Notes: generated by a model from the sequence alone, not told the origin. Counted from the stretch's first letter, positions 7,443-17,528 are shown. The stretch is 64,000 nucleotides of DNA from Myxococcales bacterium (GCA_043747615.1 JAYTOU010000091.1:32001-96000), one strand, 5' to 3'. Translations and numbers: made by a program.

Positions 7443-10424
7443 TTACAGAGTGGGGTCGTAGAGGGTGACGTCGATGACGCGCCCGAAGCCCGAGCCCTGG
7501 CTGATGTTGACCTTCACGCCATTGGTGAGCGACGTGATGAAGTCGGGGTAGTTGTTGAAGGGGCTGTACCGGGTGATGATGCTGCAGTTCGCTGGATCGG
7601 ACACCCCGGGATGGTTCTTGAGCCAATCGAGGATGTAGCCGGCGGAGGTGTACATGCCCACGTTGAGCAAGTCGCCGTTGGGGGCCGCGCACATGAAGAC
7701 GTCGCCGAGGAAGTCTTGGGTCTCGGCGGCCAAGATCTTGACCGAGCACGGCTTGGCGGCCGTGGGGTGGCATTCGCTCCCGTCCGTGTTCGGTGCCGTG
7801 AGGTAATCGACGAGAATCGTCGTCGTGATACCCGAAAAGTCGAGCTGGTCGGTGGAGATCCACCGGTCGCGGGTGCCGCTGATCGGGATGGGGAAGCCGA
7901 TGCCGGGGCGGACGCCGGTCCAGGGAACGAGCACTTGGTAAGGGGTCGCCGTCGACGTGTTGTCGTACGGGTCTGCCTGGTTGGGGAGCTCGACCTTTGC
8001 GGCGAGGTCAAAGAGGCGGATGTCGAGCAACTTGAGCGGAGATGCACCGATGGTGAACGGCGTGGTCGAGAACGCGCCCGGGTATGCCGTGAGAATGGGC
8101 TGGCCGTTGCCGTCGAGAAGGTTGGCGCCCGCCGCGTCGGTCGGGGCATAGACTCCCCCGCAAACGGGGTCGGTACAGAACTTGGGCTTCAAAGGAGGCG
8201 GTGCGCCCACAGCGTTCGGATCTTTGCAGACGAAGCCGTAAGGCGCCGGCCCACAGCTGGCATCCGTGGTGCACGGACCAGCGGGGAACGGGGGAGGCGC
8301 TGTCGTCACCGCGCACGCGTAGCTGGAGAAGCCGTAGTTTGCGAGGACAGAGCTGCCGAAGAGGTTGGTGACCTGGAGGTTGTTCTGCGCGCCGAGATCG
8401 GCCGCTTTGTTCGTCGCCATGACGGCGTACATGGCTGCTTCTTCGCGCTCGAGCTTCAAGTAGAAGTTCGTGAACTTCTGGTTCGAGGTGAGGACGTCCG
8501 TACCGTATTCGAAATCGAGGGGCTTGTGCGTCGTGCCCATGTAGGCGCGCTCGACGTACTCAAGCTTGTCCTGGCCGGGGAGGCTGTCGAAGAAGAGCGC
8601 CTGGCTGTCGTAGGTCGTTGCGTGAACTTGCGCAGACGTCGGGTGACCGTTCGCCGGATCGCCGACCGGGAGGGCGAGCGAGACGCCGTAGGCCTTCAAG
8701 TACTTCACGAGCGCAATCGCCCAGAAGCGGAAGAAGTAGCGGCGATCGCGCACGTCCGGCGGAAGCGCGAAGATGTCGCCGCCACCGAGCGTCCGGGTTA
8801 CCTGGGCAAACGTGGTGTCGAAGGGTGAGCCAACTGCCGCTTCATCCGTAGCCGGGAAGTTCGGGAGGAACATGATTTTCGGGTCGCCCGGCTTCAGGTA
8901 CGAACGGTCGTAGGTGGCGAGCGCCTTCGCGTATCCCGTCTTCGGCTTGCCTGCGTACAGCTGGGCGGTGGCGGGCGGAGTGCCGACTGGCGCGACGCCC
9001 GGGTACATGAGGAACTCGATCCCGGTACAACCGGCCGCGGGAGTTACGCCGGTGCAGGCCGCGTCGCCGAGCGCGTGTCCGCCGGGCTTTCCAGCAGCGG
9101 CGAGCTGAGCGTTGATGTCGTCTTGCACGAGGCGCGCGAACTCGGCGTAGTAGGCCCCGGTCCCGTGGTTGTCGATCTTACCGTTCGCGCCGAGATCGTT
9201 CGCGATGGCGCCCTTCGCCCGAACGTCGACGTAGAAGTCGCTCGCAATGTCGGCGTCGGTCGGAACGTCCAGGTCGTGGATAATGTCGAAGGGGCCCTGA
9301 ACCTTCGTAAAGTTCTGGTTCACGCCGACGATGTTGAAGGCGAAGTCTTCGAGCGAGTGGGTGCGGCCGCCGAACATCTTGTTGAGGTTGGTCTTGTCGT
9401 CGACGGGGTTGCCGCTGACGTTGATGCAGTTCGTCAGGAACTCGCTCCACAGCATTCCCATGCGGATGTCGCAGAAGGGTAGGGTTCGGATGCCCGTTGT
9501 CGGATCACGCGGACCGACGTTGCCGCCGGCGGTGGGCCCTGCCGCGTCGATCTTCAGGTTCATGGGGTTGTTCGAGTAGGGCTCCGTCTTCACGTAGAAC
9601 GTGTAGATCGTTTCCAGCTTGCTCGGCACGGGCGGGGGGGCCGTTGCAGACGCCGCCTGCCAATAGAAGTTGATCGCGCGGACGCCCCACACGGGGTGAC
9701 CACTGTTGCCTGCGATGCTGAGGAGGCAGCCGCCGCTCGTTACGCAGTCGACGTCGTCCGGCGCGCCAAGGGGGTTGAGCGAGTAGAGGAGCGCGTCCTG
9801 GAGCTCGGTGATCTCGCCGTTGATCTTCGTGGGATCGTTCCAGTCGATCTGGAACGGCTTGCCGTCCTTGGTCGTCTGCTGGCCGATCTGCATCGTGTAG
9901 ACGTGGTTGTCGCCGAATTTCCCGCCGGTGCGGCTCTTGAACGTGCCGGGCGTCGTGGGCCCCGAGACCATGCCGGTGTACCCGCGGTTGAGGGCCATGA
10001 AGTTGACGATGTGCGTACCGAGGTCGTAGTCGAACTCGACCTCGCCGTTGTCGCCCCAGAAGCTGACGCCGTCGCCGCCGCTGTCGGCCTGGCAGTTGAT
10101 GAGCTCGGCGTCTTCCACGGTGAGCCCGATCCAGCTGTCGTCTTTCGCCATGTCGATGCCCGCGAACTTACGGGGCGGCGTAACGGGCTCGGCGAGCATC
10201 GCTGCCCAACGCTTGACCTTGGCGGGGCCGTCGCAGATCTCGTTCCTGCTCCGTCCGCCGAAGGTGGCGTTCGTGGGGGCGGTGACCGGATCGTGCGTGG
10301 AGCCGGTCCCGCTGTTGAACCCCGCTCCAGGAGCAACGGGCGAATACGTCTGGTTCGGCCCATCTTCGCACCCGGCGAGAAGGGACGCGAACACACTAAG
10401 GGCGACGACGCTGGCAACTCGCAT
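7443..10424 (-). CDS. Large (993 aa) lipoprotein of unknown function
   Basis: Canonical lipobox LLAG-C; AGGAG RBS; strong GC3 bias; scattered Cys pairs; no catalytic motif recognised. Confidence 0.85.
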   Translation of the reverse strand: MRVASVVALSVFASLLAGCEDGPNQTYSPVAPGAGFNSGTGSTHDPVTAPTNATFGGRSRNEICDGPAKVKRWAAMLAEPVTPPRKFAGIDMAKDDSWIGLTVEDAELINCQADSGGDGVSFWGDNGEVEFDYDLGTHIVNFMALNRGYTGMVSGPTTPGTFKSRTGGKFGDNHVYTMQIGQQTTKDGKPFQIDWNDPTKINGEITELQDALLYSLNPLGAPDDVDCVTSGGCLLSIAGNSGHPVWGVRAINFYWQAASATAPPPVPSKLETIYTFYVKTEPYSNNPMNLKIDAAGPTAGGNVGPRDPTTGIRTLPFCDIRMGMLWSEFLTNCINVSGNPVDDKTNLNKMFGGRTHSLEDFAFNIVGVNQNFTKVQGPFDIIHDLDVPTDADIASDFYVDVRAKGAIANDLGANGKIDNHGTGAYYAEFARLVQDDINAQLAAAGKPGGHALGDAACTGVTPAAGCTGIEFLMYPGVAPVGTPPATAQLYAGKPKTGYAKALATYDRSYLKPGDPKIMFLPNFPATDEAAVGSPFDTTFAQVTRTLGGGDIFALPPDVRDRRYFFRFWAIALVKYLKAYGVSLALPVGDPANGHPTSAQVHATTYDSQALFFDSLPGQDKLEYVERAYMGTTHKPLDFEYGTDVLTSNQKFTNFYLKLEREEAAMYAVMATNKAADLGAQNNLQVTNLFGSSVLANYGFSSYACAVTTAPPPFPAGPCTTDASCGPAPYGFVCKDPNAVGAPPPLKPKFCTDPVCGGVYAPTDAAGANLLDGNGQPILTAYPGAFSTTPFTIGASPLKLLDIRLFDLAAKVELPNQADPYDNTSTATPYQVLVPWTGVRPGIGFPIPISGTRDRWISTDQLDFSGITTTILVDYLTAPNTDGSECHPTAAKPCSVKILAAETQDFLGDVFMCAAPNGDLLNVGMYTSAGYILDWLKNHPGVSDPANCSIITRYSPFNNYPDFITSLTNGVKVNISQGSGFGRVIDVTLYDPTL

Positions 10425-10746
10425 GAATGCTCCTGGATGTTGAAGACGAGACAGGAATAAAAAGCTTCGATCGGTTGCTCACACCACGGGCGAACTACAA
10501 AAATATGGGATGGGTGCGAACCGGGCAGTTTGTCTCGCACGAAGAGACCTCCACCGCAACGACCTTGAGCAGTGAACGGTGCGGGCCGTTGATCCAGCGC
10601 ACGCGCCGGGAACTAATTTCCCTGCCGGAGCTCGCTCAATTAGCCCACGATTTCAAGGCAAATGCGCCGCCCCTATGCTGCCCCTATACCGTGTAGTCCG
10701 AGTCGCGGGGTGCGCCTGAGAGGGGATCGAATCCTTCGCAGCTCGC

Positions 10747-12912
10747 CTATGTGCGCTCGACGGCGACGACGCCCTCGACTTTTTGCAGCGCCTTGATGAC
10801 GGTTTTTAGCTGCGTGAGATCCGCGCAGACGAAGGTGAAAAGATTCACCGCGCGCCCGTCGTCGCCTGCGCGGCAGTTCGCTTCGCTGATGTTGATTCCT
10901 TGCGCGCTGAAGGTCTGACCGACGGTGGCGAGGATGCCCGGGCGGTTTGCCGTCATCACCCGCACTTGAACGCTGCGATTGATTTTAGCTTTGGAATCCC
11001 AGCTGATTTCGACGCGGCGGGCGGGGTCGGTGTCGAAGGCCTTCGGGCATCCGCGGCGATGAATGGTGACGCCGCGCCCGCGCGTGATGAAGCCGAGGAT
11101 GTCGTCGCCGGGTAGCGGGTTGCAGCATTTGGCATAACGGACGAGCACGTCGTCGATGCCATTGAGCTTGATGCCGGTGTCTTCGCCCTTGATGACTTTG
11201 CGAACGAGGTTCTCGATACGCCCTTCGCGAATTTGCCCGGGGACAACGCTCTCCCGACCTTCGTCATCGGGAGGGGCGACGAACGTGGTCACGTCCGCCA
11301 CCTTGATTTTCCCGTAGCCGATACCGATGAACATCTCCTCTTCGTTCGAGACCTTGAGGTGCTCGAGGAGCTTGCGTAGCTCGTTGTCGTTCTTGAGGAG
11401 CTTGTTGAGGCTGACGCTCGACTTGTGCAGATCGCGCTCGAGAAGCTCGCGTCCGAGGCGCAGGGACTTCTCGCGCTCGTCGGCGCGGAGGTAGTTGCGG
11501 ATCTTGGCGCGCGCCCGGGTGGTGCCGACGAACTCGAGCCAATCCTTCGAGGGATGCTGGTTCGGCCCGGTGACCACGTCGACGACGTCTCCGTTGCGGA
11601 GCTTGTAGCGCAGGGGCTCGAGCTTGCCGTTGATGCGCGCGCCGGTGATGTGCTCACCGAGCTGGGAGTGCACGGCGAACGCGAAATCGACCGGGGTGGC
11701 TCCGCGCGGGAAAACCCGCACGTCACCCTTGGGAGTGAAGACGTAGACCTCGTCTTGGAAGAGATCGACCTTCACCGACTCGAGAAATTCGGCCGGGTCC
11801 TTCAGCTCTTTTTGCCACTCCATTAGCTGACGGAGCCAACCGAACTTTTGGGCGTCTGCCTCGGCCACGCCGCCGCCGTGCTTCTCTTTGTACTTCCAGT
11901 GAGCCGCGATTCCGCGTTCGGCGACGCGGTGCATCTCGCTCGTGCGGATTTGGATCTCGATGCGCTCGCGCCCCGGGCCGACCACCGTCGTATGGAGCGA
12001 TTGGTACATGTTCGGCTTGGGCAGCGCGATGTAGTCCTTGAAGCGGCCGGGCACCGGGGTCCACTTGGAGTGGATCACGCCGAGCGCCGCGTAGCAGTCG
12101 CTCACGCTCTCCACGAGAACGCGAAACGCGATCATGTCGTGGATCTGCTCGATTTCGCAGTCCTGCGACTTCATTTTCCGCCAGATTGAGTAGAGGTGCT
12201 TCGCGCGACCGGTCACGTCGGCAGCGAACCCTTGCTCGGCGAGGCGCGAGGCGAGGGTCTTCGAGACGTCGGCGATGTACTTGTCGCGCTCCCGTTTCGT
12301 CTTGGCGACCGCTCCGGAGAGCTCGGCAAACGCCTCGGGCTCGAGGTACCGGAAGGAGAGATCCTCGAGCTCGCTCTTGAAATTCTGCATCCCCAAGCGG
12401 TTGGCGAGAGGGGCGTAGATCTCCATGGTTTCCCGGGCGATCCGCTCCTGGGCCTCGGGCTTCATGAAGTGCAGCGTGCGCATGTTGTCGACGCGATCGC
12501 ACAGCTTGACGAGCAGGACGCGGATGTCCTGGGCCATCGCCACGACCATCTTGCGGAAGTTCTCCGCCTGACGATCTTCCTTGGACGTGAAGTTGATCTG
12601 CGAGAGCTTGGTCACCCCGTCGACGAGGTGCGCGATCTCGAGCCCGAACTCTTTTTCAATATCCTTTGGGGAGGCGAGGGTGTCCTCGACGCAGTCGTGC
12701 AAGAGGCCGGCGCACACGCTGGCCGTGTCGAGCCGTAGCTCCGTGATGATCCCGGCGACGCTCGCGGGGTGCACGAAGTAGGGATCGCCCGACTTCCGCG
12801 TCTGGCCGGTGTGGGCCCGGAAGCTGAAGTCGTAGGCTCGTCTGATGAGGTCCGCGTCGGCCAGGGGCTGATACGACCGAACCCGCTGGATGATTTCCTC
12901 GACTTGGAGCAT
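10747..12912 (-). CDS. relA: Bifunctional (p)ppGpp synthetase/hydrolase, long RelA/SpoT homologue
   Basis: GQTRKSGDPYFVHP, intact HD motif LLHDCVED, GRAKHLYSI, YQSLHT, EIQIRT, TGS, AKCCNPLPGD and ACT domains. Confidence 0.96.
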   Translation of the reverse strand: MLQVEEIIQRVRSYQPLADADLIRRAYDFSFRAHTGQTRKSGDPYFVHPASVAGIITELRLDTASVCAGLLHDCVEDTLASPKDIEKEFGLEIAHLVDGVTKLSQINFTSKEDRQAENFRKMVVAMAQDIRVLLVKLCDRVDNMRTLHFMKPEAQERIARETMEIYAPLANRLGMQNFKSELEDLSFRYLEPEAFAELSGAVAKTKRERDKYIADVSKTLASRLAEQGFAADVTGRAKHLYSIWRKMKSQDCEIEQIHDMIAFRVLVESVSDCYAALGVIHSKWTPVPGRFKDYIALPKPNMYQSLHTTVVGPGRERIEIQIRTSEMHRVAERGIAAHWKYKEKHGGGVAEADAQKFGWLRQLMEWQKELKDPAEFLESVKVDLFQDEVYVFTPKGDVRVFPRGATPVDFAFAVHSQLGEHITGARINGKLEPLRYKLRNGDVVDVVTGPNQHPSKDWLEFVGTTRARAKIRNYLRADEREKSLRLGRELLERDLHKSSVSLNKLLKNDNELRKLLEHLKVSNEEEMFIGIGYGKIKVADVTTFVAPPDDEGRESVVPGQIREGRIENLVRKVIKGEDTGIKLNGIDDVLVRYAKCCNPLPGDDILGFITRGRGVTIHRRGCPKAFDTDPARRVEISWDSKAKINRSVQVRVMTANRPGILATVGQTFSAQGINISEANCRAGDDGRAVNLFTFVCADLTQLKTVIKALQKVEGVVAVERT

Positions 12913-12973
12913 TCAAGTTGGCGATCTACGCCGCTTTTCAAAGTAACACTCCGCACGGAAAGAATCCACGTTC

Positions 12974-14140
12974 ATGGCCTCGGTTTACATCCATTTCCCC
13001 TGGTGCCTCGCAAAGTGCCCCTACTGCGACTTCGTGAGCTACGCGGCCCCCCGCGAGGAAATCGACCACCGCGGGTACGCTGACGCGGTGATCGCGGAGC
13101 TCGACGCGCGAGCCTTGGCGTGGGGCACGCCCGCCGGCAACGTGAAGACCATCTTCTTCGGTGGCGGCACTCCGAGCCTGTGGAGTGCAGCGGAGCTCGG
13201 GCGCGTCCTCGCACGCACAAAAGAGATCTTCGGGTGCGCGCCAGGCGTGGAGGTCACCGTCGAGTGCAATCCGACGTCACTCGATGAAGCAAAGGCCCGC
13301 GCGCTCCTCGACGTCGGCGTGAACCGCCTGTCGATCGGCACCCAGTCGCTCCGCGAAGAGCAGCTTAAGTTTCTCGGGCGTCTGCACGACCCAGGTGGGG
13401 CTCTTGCGGCGATCGATGGCGCCAAGGCCGCGGGCGTCTCCCGCATTTCGACCGATCTCATCTTCGGCCTCGCTGGGCAGCCACCCCAAGATGCGGCGGA
13501 TCAGGCCATTTTTCTGGCCGATCGGGGGATGAGCCACCTCTCTTGCTACCAGCTGACGATTGAAGCGGGGACGCAGTTCGGGGAGCTTGCGAAGCGGGGT
13601 CGCCTTCCTCTCGCAGACGACGGGCTCGTCGCCGAATCGTTTCTGGCCATCGACGAAGCGCTGAGCGCGCGAGGCTTTCGACACTACGAAATTTCGAACT
13701 ACGCGATGCCCGGCGAAGAGGCGCGCCACAACCTCGGCTACTGGCGCGGCGAGCAATACCTCGGGCTCGGATGCGGCGCCTTTGGTCAGATCGGTCGCAC
13801 CCGCTACCGAAACGCGATCGACCCGAAGAAATATCTCGCCGCGGCGAAGATCGTCCGTTCGGACATGGTCGGCCAAGGGGACGGGCTCTCCATGTCGAGC
13901 GAAGCGCTCTCGGGGGAGATGCTCCTGCGCGAACGGATCATGCTCGGCCTCCGCCTTGCGGGCGGGTTCGATCTCGAGGCGAGCGCGACGGAGCTCGGCG
14001 CCCTCGCGTGGCCGAAGGATCGCGAGCAGGCCGCTCGGAAGCTCATCGACGGTGGCAGGCTCGTTCGCGAATCGGGCCGGGTGTTCATCCCCAAGCCCGC
14101 TTGGCTGTGGACCGACGACATCGCCGCTCGGCTTTTCTAG
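12974..14140 (+). CDS. hemW: Radical SAM heme chaperone HemW
   Basis: YIHFPWCLAKCPYCDF (CxxxCxxC), GGGTPS, YEISNYA and the HemW-type HNLGYW motif. Confidence 0.9.
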   Translation: MASVYIHFPWCLAKCPYCDFVSYAAPREEIDHRGYADAVIAELDARALAWGTPAGNVKTIFFGGGTPSLWSAAELGRVLARTKEIFGCAPGVEVTVECNPTSLDEAKARALLDVGVNRLSIGTQSLREEQLKFLGRLHDPGGALAAIDGAKAAGVSRISTDLIFGLAGQPPQDAADQAIFLADRGMSHLSCYQLTIEAGTQFGELAKRGRLPLADDGLVAESFLAIDEALSARGFRHYEISNYAMPGEEARHNLGYWRGEQYLGLGCGAFGQIGRTRYRNAIDPKKYLAAAKIVRSDMVGQGDGLSMSSEALSGEMLLRERIMLGLRLAGGFDLEASATELGALAWPKDREQAARKLIDGGRLVRESGRVFIPKPAWLWTDDIAARLF

Positions 14141-14164
14141 GCATTTCATGGTAGATCGGCGCGC

Positions 14165-15640
14165 ATGATGCCCCGCGTCTCTGCGCTCGCCCTGTTGGTT
14201 TTTCTTTTTCCTCTCGGCGCGTCTGCGCAACCTGACGCCGGGCCAAAGACGGCTCCCAAGCCGAAGACCCCGGCCGCGCCCACCATCCCCGCGAAGACGA
14301 CGCAGCTCAAGCTCGACGTGCAGCGCGAGAAGCTCGAGAACGGTCTGCGCGTCGTCCTTGCTCCCGATCACACGTCGCCGACGATCGCGGTCGACGTCGT
14401 CTACGACGTGGGCGGGCGAAACGAAGAGCGCGGGCACTCCGGGTTTGCGCATCTCTTCGAGCACATGATGTTCCAGGGATCGGCGAACGTGCCGCGGGGC
14501 GAGCACTTCAAGCTCGTGACGAGCCACGGCGGAACGCTGAACGGCACCACCAACAGCGATCGGACGAACTACTACGAGCTACTGCCGCAGAGCGAGCTCG
14601 CCCTCGCCCTTTGGCTCGAAGCCGATCGCCTGAAGTCGCTCGACATTTCCGAAAAGAATTTCGAAAACCAACGCGCGGTCGTCAAGGAAGAGTACCGGAT
14701 GCGCGTCGAGAACGCGGCGTACGTGCCCGCGGAGATTCGTCTGCAGGAGCTTGTTTTTCAGGGGTATTGGCCGTACGAGCACTCGGCGATCGGGAGCATG
14801 CGTGATCTGGACGCCGCCAAGCTCGAGTGGGTGCGAGCGTTCCACGATTCGTACTACGCGCCGAACAACGCCGTCGTCTCGATCTCGGGTGACTTCGAGC
14901 CGACCGAAGCGCTCGCGATGGTAAAGCGGTACTTCGGCAACGCGAAATCGGTCGAGGTCCCCAAGTACGATTCGGCAAAGATGCCGGAGCAGACGGCGCC
15001 GCGCGACGAGGTCATCGAGGACCCGCACGCCAAGCTCCCGGCCATCTTCGATGGTTGGTCGATCCCCCCCGATCGCGATCCGGAGCACTACGCGCTCGTG
15101 ATGGCCTCCATGGTCCTCACCGATGGCGAGAGCTCGCGCCTCCATCGCTCGCTCGTGCGCGAGAAGAGCGTGGCCATCGAAGTGGAAGCGGGGACGAACA
15201 ACCACCGCGGACCCGACTGGCTCGAGCTCACGACGAAGCTCGCCGGAGGCACGAAAGCGGCGGAGGTCGGCAAGCTGATCGACGCCGAGATCGCGCGCTT
15301 TTCCGCGACGGGACCGACCGACGCCGAGGTCAAGAAGGCGCGGGCCCGCATGGAGGCTCACTTCGTTCTCGGGCTTCAGTCGAATTTTGCGCGCGCGCAA
15401 AAGCTCGCCGAGATGGAGATGTACGCCGGCGACGCGAACCTTCTCAACGGTGAGCTCAATCGCTTCCTCGCCGTCAGCGGCGACGACATGCGAAAGGCGG
15501 TCGCCAAGTACCTCACGAAGGCGCGGCGCACGCGCGTCGAGGTGAGACCCCCGGTGGATGCCGCCGCACACCCCGTCGATCCGAAACCGAAAAAAGACTC
15601 GTCGAAACCCGCGAGCCCTGCCCTACCGGTGAAAAAATGA
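14165..15640 (+). CDS. M16 family zinc peptidase, catalytic subunit, exported
   Basis: Signal peptide; GFAHLFEHMMFQGS (HxxEH); VVKEEYR; YYAPNNA. Confidence 0.93.
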   Translation: MMPRVSALALLVFLFPLGASAQPDAGPKTAPKPKTPAAPTIPAKTTQLKLDVQREKLENGLRVVLAPDHTSPTIAVDVVYDVGGRNEERGHSGFAHLFEHMMFQGSANVPRGEHFKLVTSHGGTLNGTTNSDRTNYYELLPQSELALALWLEADRLKSLDISEKNFENQRAVVKEEYRMRVENAAYVPAEIRLQELVFQGYWPYEHSAIGSMRDLDAAKLEWVRAFHDSYYAPNNAVVSISGDFEPTEALAMVKRYFGNAKSVEVPKYDSAKMPEQTAPRDEVIEDPHAKLPAIFDGWSIPPDRDPEHYALVMASMVLTDGESSRLHRSLVREKSVAIEVEAGTNNHRGPDWLELTTKLAGGTKAAEVGKLIDAEIARFSATGPTDAEVKKARARMEAHFVLGLQSNFARAQKLAEMEMYAGDANLLNGELNRFLAVSGDDMRKAVAKYLTKARRTRVEVRPPVDAAAHPVDPKPKKDSSKPASPALPVKK

Positions 15641-17235
15641 TGCGCTTCGCGAAATCAGACGTGGTGAGATCCGACGTGGTGAGAAACGTGCGGCGGCTCG
15701 GTCTTGCAGGCTCCCTGATGTTTTTCCTCGGGTGCGGCGGCGGCGAGCAAGCCTCGCGCGGTCCTCAGCACGTCGACATTCCGGCCCGCGACACCACCGC
15801 CAAGCCGACGAAAGGAAGCGTGACCCCGGGCAAAGAATCGCCGCCGGGCGCCTCCGCGTCGAAGGAGTCCCCGTTTCCGAAGGTGGCCCGCGCGAAGCTC
15901 GCGAACGGGCTCGATGTCGCCGTCACCGAGGCGCACGCTCTGCCGATCGTCCAGATCCGGGTGCTCGTTCACGCGGGCACGGGGTACGGCCAAGGGGCGG
16001 GGACCGCGGAGCTCACGGCCGCGATGCTGAAGGACGGGGGCACGCGGACGATGACCAGCGCGCAGCTCTTGAACCGCGTGGAGAGCCTCGGCGCGAACCT
16101 CTCGGTCGACGTTGGCTTCGATGCTTCGACCTTCGGAATGGCGGTCACCAAGGATCATCTCGGTGAGGCGCTCACCATTTTGAACGAGCTCGTCCGCGAG
16201 CCACGCTTCGATGAAGGCGAGCTCAAGAAGCTGAAGGCGCGAGCGACGGACGAAGCCGAGGACAACGCTCGCTCGAACGGCACCTGGACGGCGACGCGCG
16301 TTCTGTTCCGCGAGCTCTACAGCCCGACCAACCCTTACGCGACGTACGGCCTCTCACCTTTCGAGATCGCGAAGATCGCGTTACCCGCGCTCAAGGATTT
16401 TCACCGTAGGTTTTACGTGCCGAAGAACGTCACCATCGTCCTCGCCGGCGACGTCGACGCCTCGGCCCAGAAGCTCGTGGAGGCGCGGTTCGGTGACTGG
16501 AAAGGGGGCGATCCTCCGAAGACCGACTTCCCGCCCGCCATCGTGGCAAAAGCGCGGCGGGTGGTCATTGCGGATCGTCCGAAGAGCGCGCAGAGCGACG
16601 TCTTCATCGTGAACCTCGGACCCGAACGAAGGACGTCGAATTGGCCTGCAGTTCGGGTCGCGAATCAAGTGCTCGGCGGCGGCGTCGCCAGCCGAATCTT
16701 CAACGACGTCCGCGAGCAGCGCTCCCTCGCCTACTCCGCGCGGTCGCAGATCATCGAGCTCGCGCACGGCGCGCAGCCCTTCGTCGCCTACGCCGGAACG
16801 GCTACACCCAAGACCGCGCTCGCGGCCCAAGGTCTCCTCGACAACCTCGAGAAGCTGCGAAAGTCAGGGCTCGACGCCGCGGAGACAGAGACCGCGCGCC
16901 GGTTCCTCAGCGACATCTTCGCCATCCGGATGGAGACGATTGGGTCGATCGCCGATCTCATCGTGCAAGCCGACACCCTCGGACTGCCCGACGGGTACTG
17001 GGACGTCTACCGCGGCGCCGTGCGAAGCGTGGATGCGACCGAGGCGGGCGCAGCGGGTGGCGCGCTGGTCAACCCCGATGCCGCTCTCATCGTCGTCGCG
17101 GGGGACGCGGAGATCATCGCGCCGGCCCTCGCGCACTTCGGCGAGGTGACGATCGTGAATCCCGAACAGGATTTCAAGACCACGAAGACCCTACCCGCAA
17201 ACGCCCAAGCGCCGCTCGAGATCACGAAAAAATGA
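15637..17235 (+). CDS. M16 family peptidase, non-catalytic partner subunit, lipoprotein
   Basis: ATGA overlap with upstream gene; FLG-C lipobox; lacks HxxEH but keeps VREQRSLAYS (Arg/Tyr pair). Confidence 0.88.
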   Translation: MMRFAKSDVVRSDVVRNVRRLGLAGSLMFFLGCGGGEQASRGPQHVDIPARDTTAKPTKGSVTPGKESPPGASASKESPFPKVARAKLANGLDVAVTEAHALPIVQIRVLVHAGTGYGQGAGTAELTAAMLKDGGTRTMTSAQLLNRVESLGANLSVDVGFDASTFGMAVTKDHLGEALTILNELVREPRFDEGELKKLKARATDEAEDNARSNGTWTATRVLFRELYSPTNPYATYGLSPFEIAKIALPALKDFHRRFYVPKNVTIVLAGDVDASAQKLVEARFGDWKGGDPPKTDFPPAIVAKARRVVIADRPKSAQSDVFIVNLGPERRTSNWPAVRVANQVLGGGVASRIFNDVREQRSLAYSARSQIIELAHGAQPFVAYAGTATPKTALAAQGLLDNLEKLRKSGLDAAETETARRFLSDIFAIRMETIGSIADLIVQADTLGLPDGYWDVYRGAVRSVDATEAGAAGGALVNPDAALIVVAGDAEIIAPALAHFGEVTIVNPEQDFKTTKTLPANAQAPLEITKK

Positions 17236-17528
17236 AACTCTCTGGATCTCATCAGCGACAGCTTCGCGCGCTCGGCCATCCTTTGAAGCCCGTTGTCGCC
17301 ATCGGAAAAGACGGTGTCACCGATGGACTCGTCGCCGCCACGCGCGCCGCGCTGCTCACCCACGAGCTCATCAAGGTGCGAGTTCTCACCGAGGCCCCGG
17401 TCGATCGTCACGAGGCCGCCGCGCTCCTCGCCGAAAGAGCAGAGGCCGCTCTCGCTCAGGTGCTCGGACGAACATTTCTCCTTTACCGAAGGCACCCTAA
17501 AAAACCGAAGATCGTGCTCGACGCCTGA
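17232..17528 (+). CDS. yhbY: CRM-domain RNA-binding protein YhbY
   Basis: ATG at 17232 overlaps the previous stop; RQLRALGHPLKPVVAIGKDG, HELIKVRV, QVLGRTFLLYR. Confidence 0.9.
   Translation: MKLSGSHQRQLRALGHPLKPVVAIGKDGVTDGLVAATRAALLTHELIKVRVLTEAPVDRHEAAALLAERAEAALAQVLGRTFLLYRRHPKKPKIVLDA

Noticed and set aside
6795..8828. Long antisense or alternate-frame ORFs (e.g. 6795-8828 +, 17911-19398 -, 22927-24705 +, 39635-41152 -)
   Set aside because: Shadows of well-supported genes; stop codons are scarce in high-GC DNA and the translations have no motifs
10658..10671. Sigma54-like GG-N10-GC on the minus strand upstream of the lipoprotein operon
   Set aside because: Poor match to TGGCACG; expected by chance at this GC content
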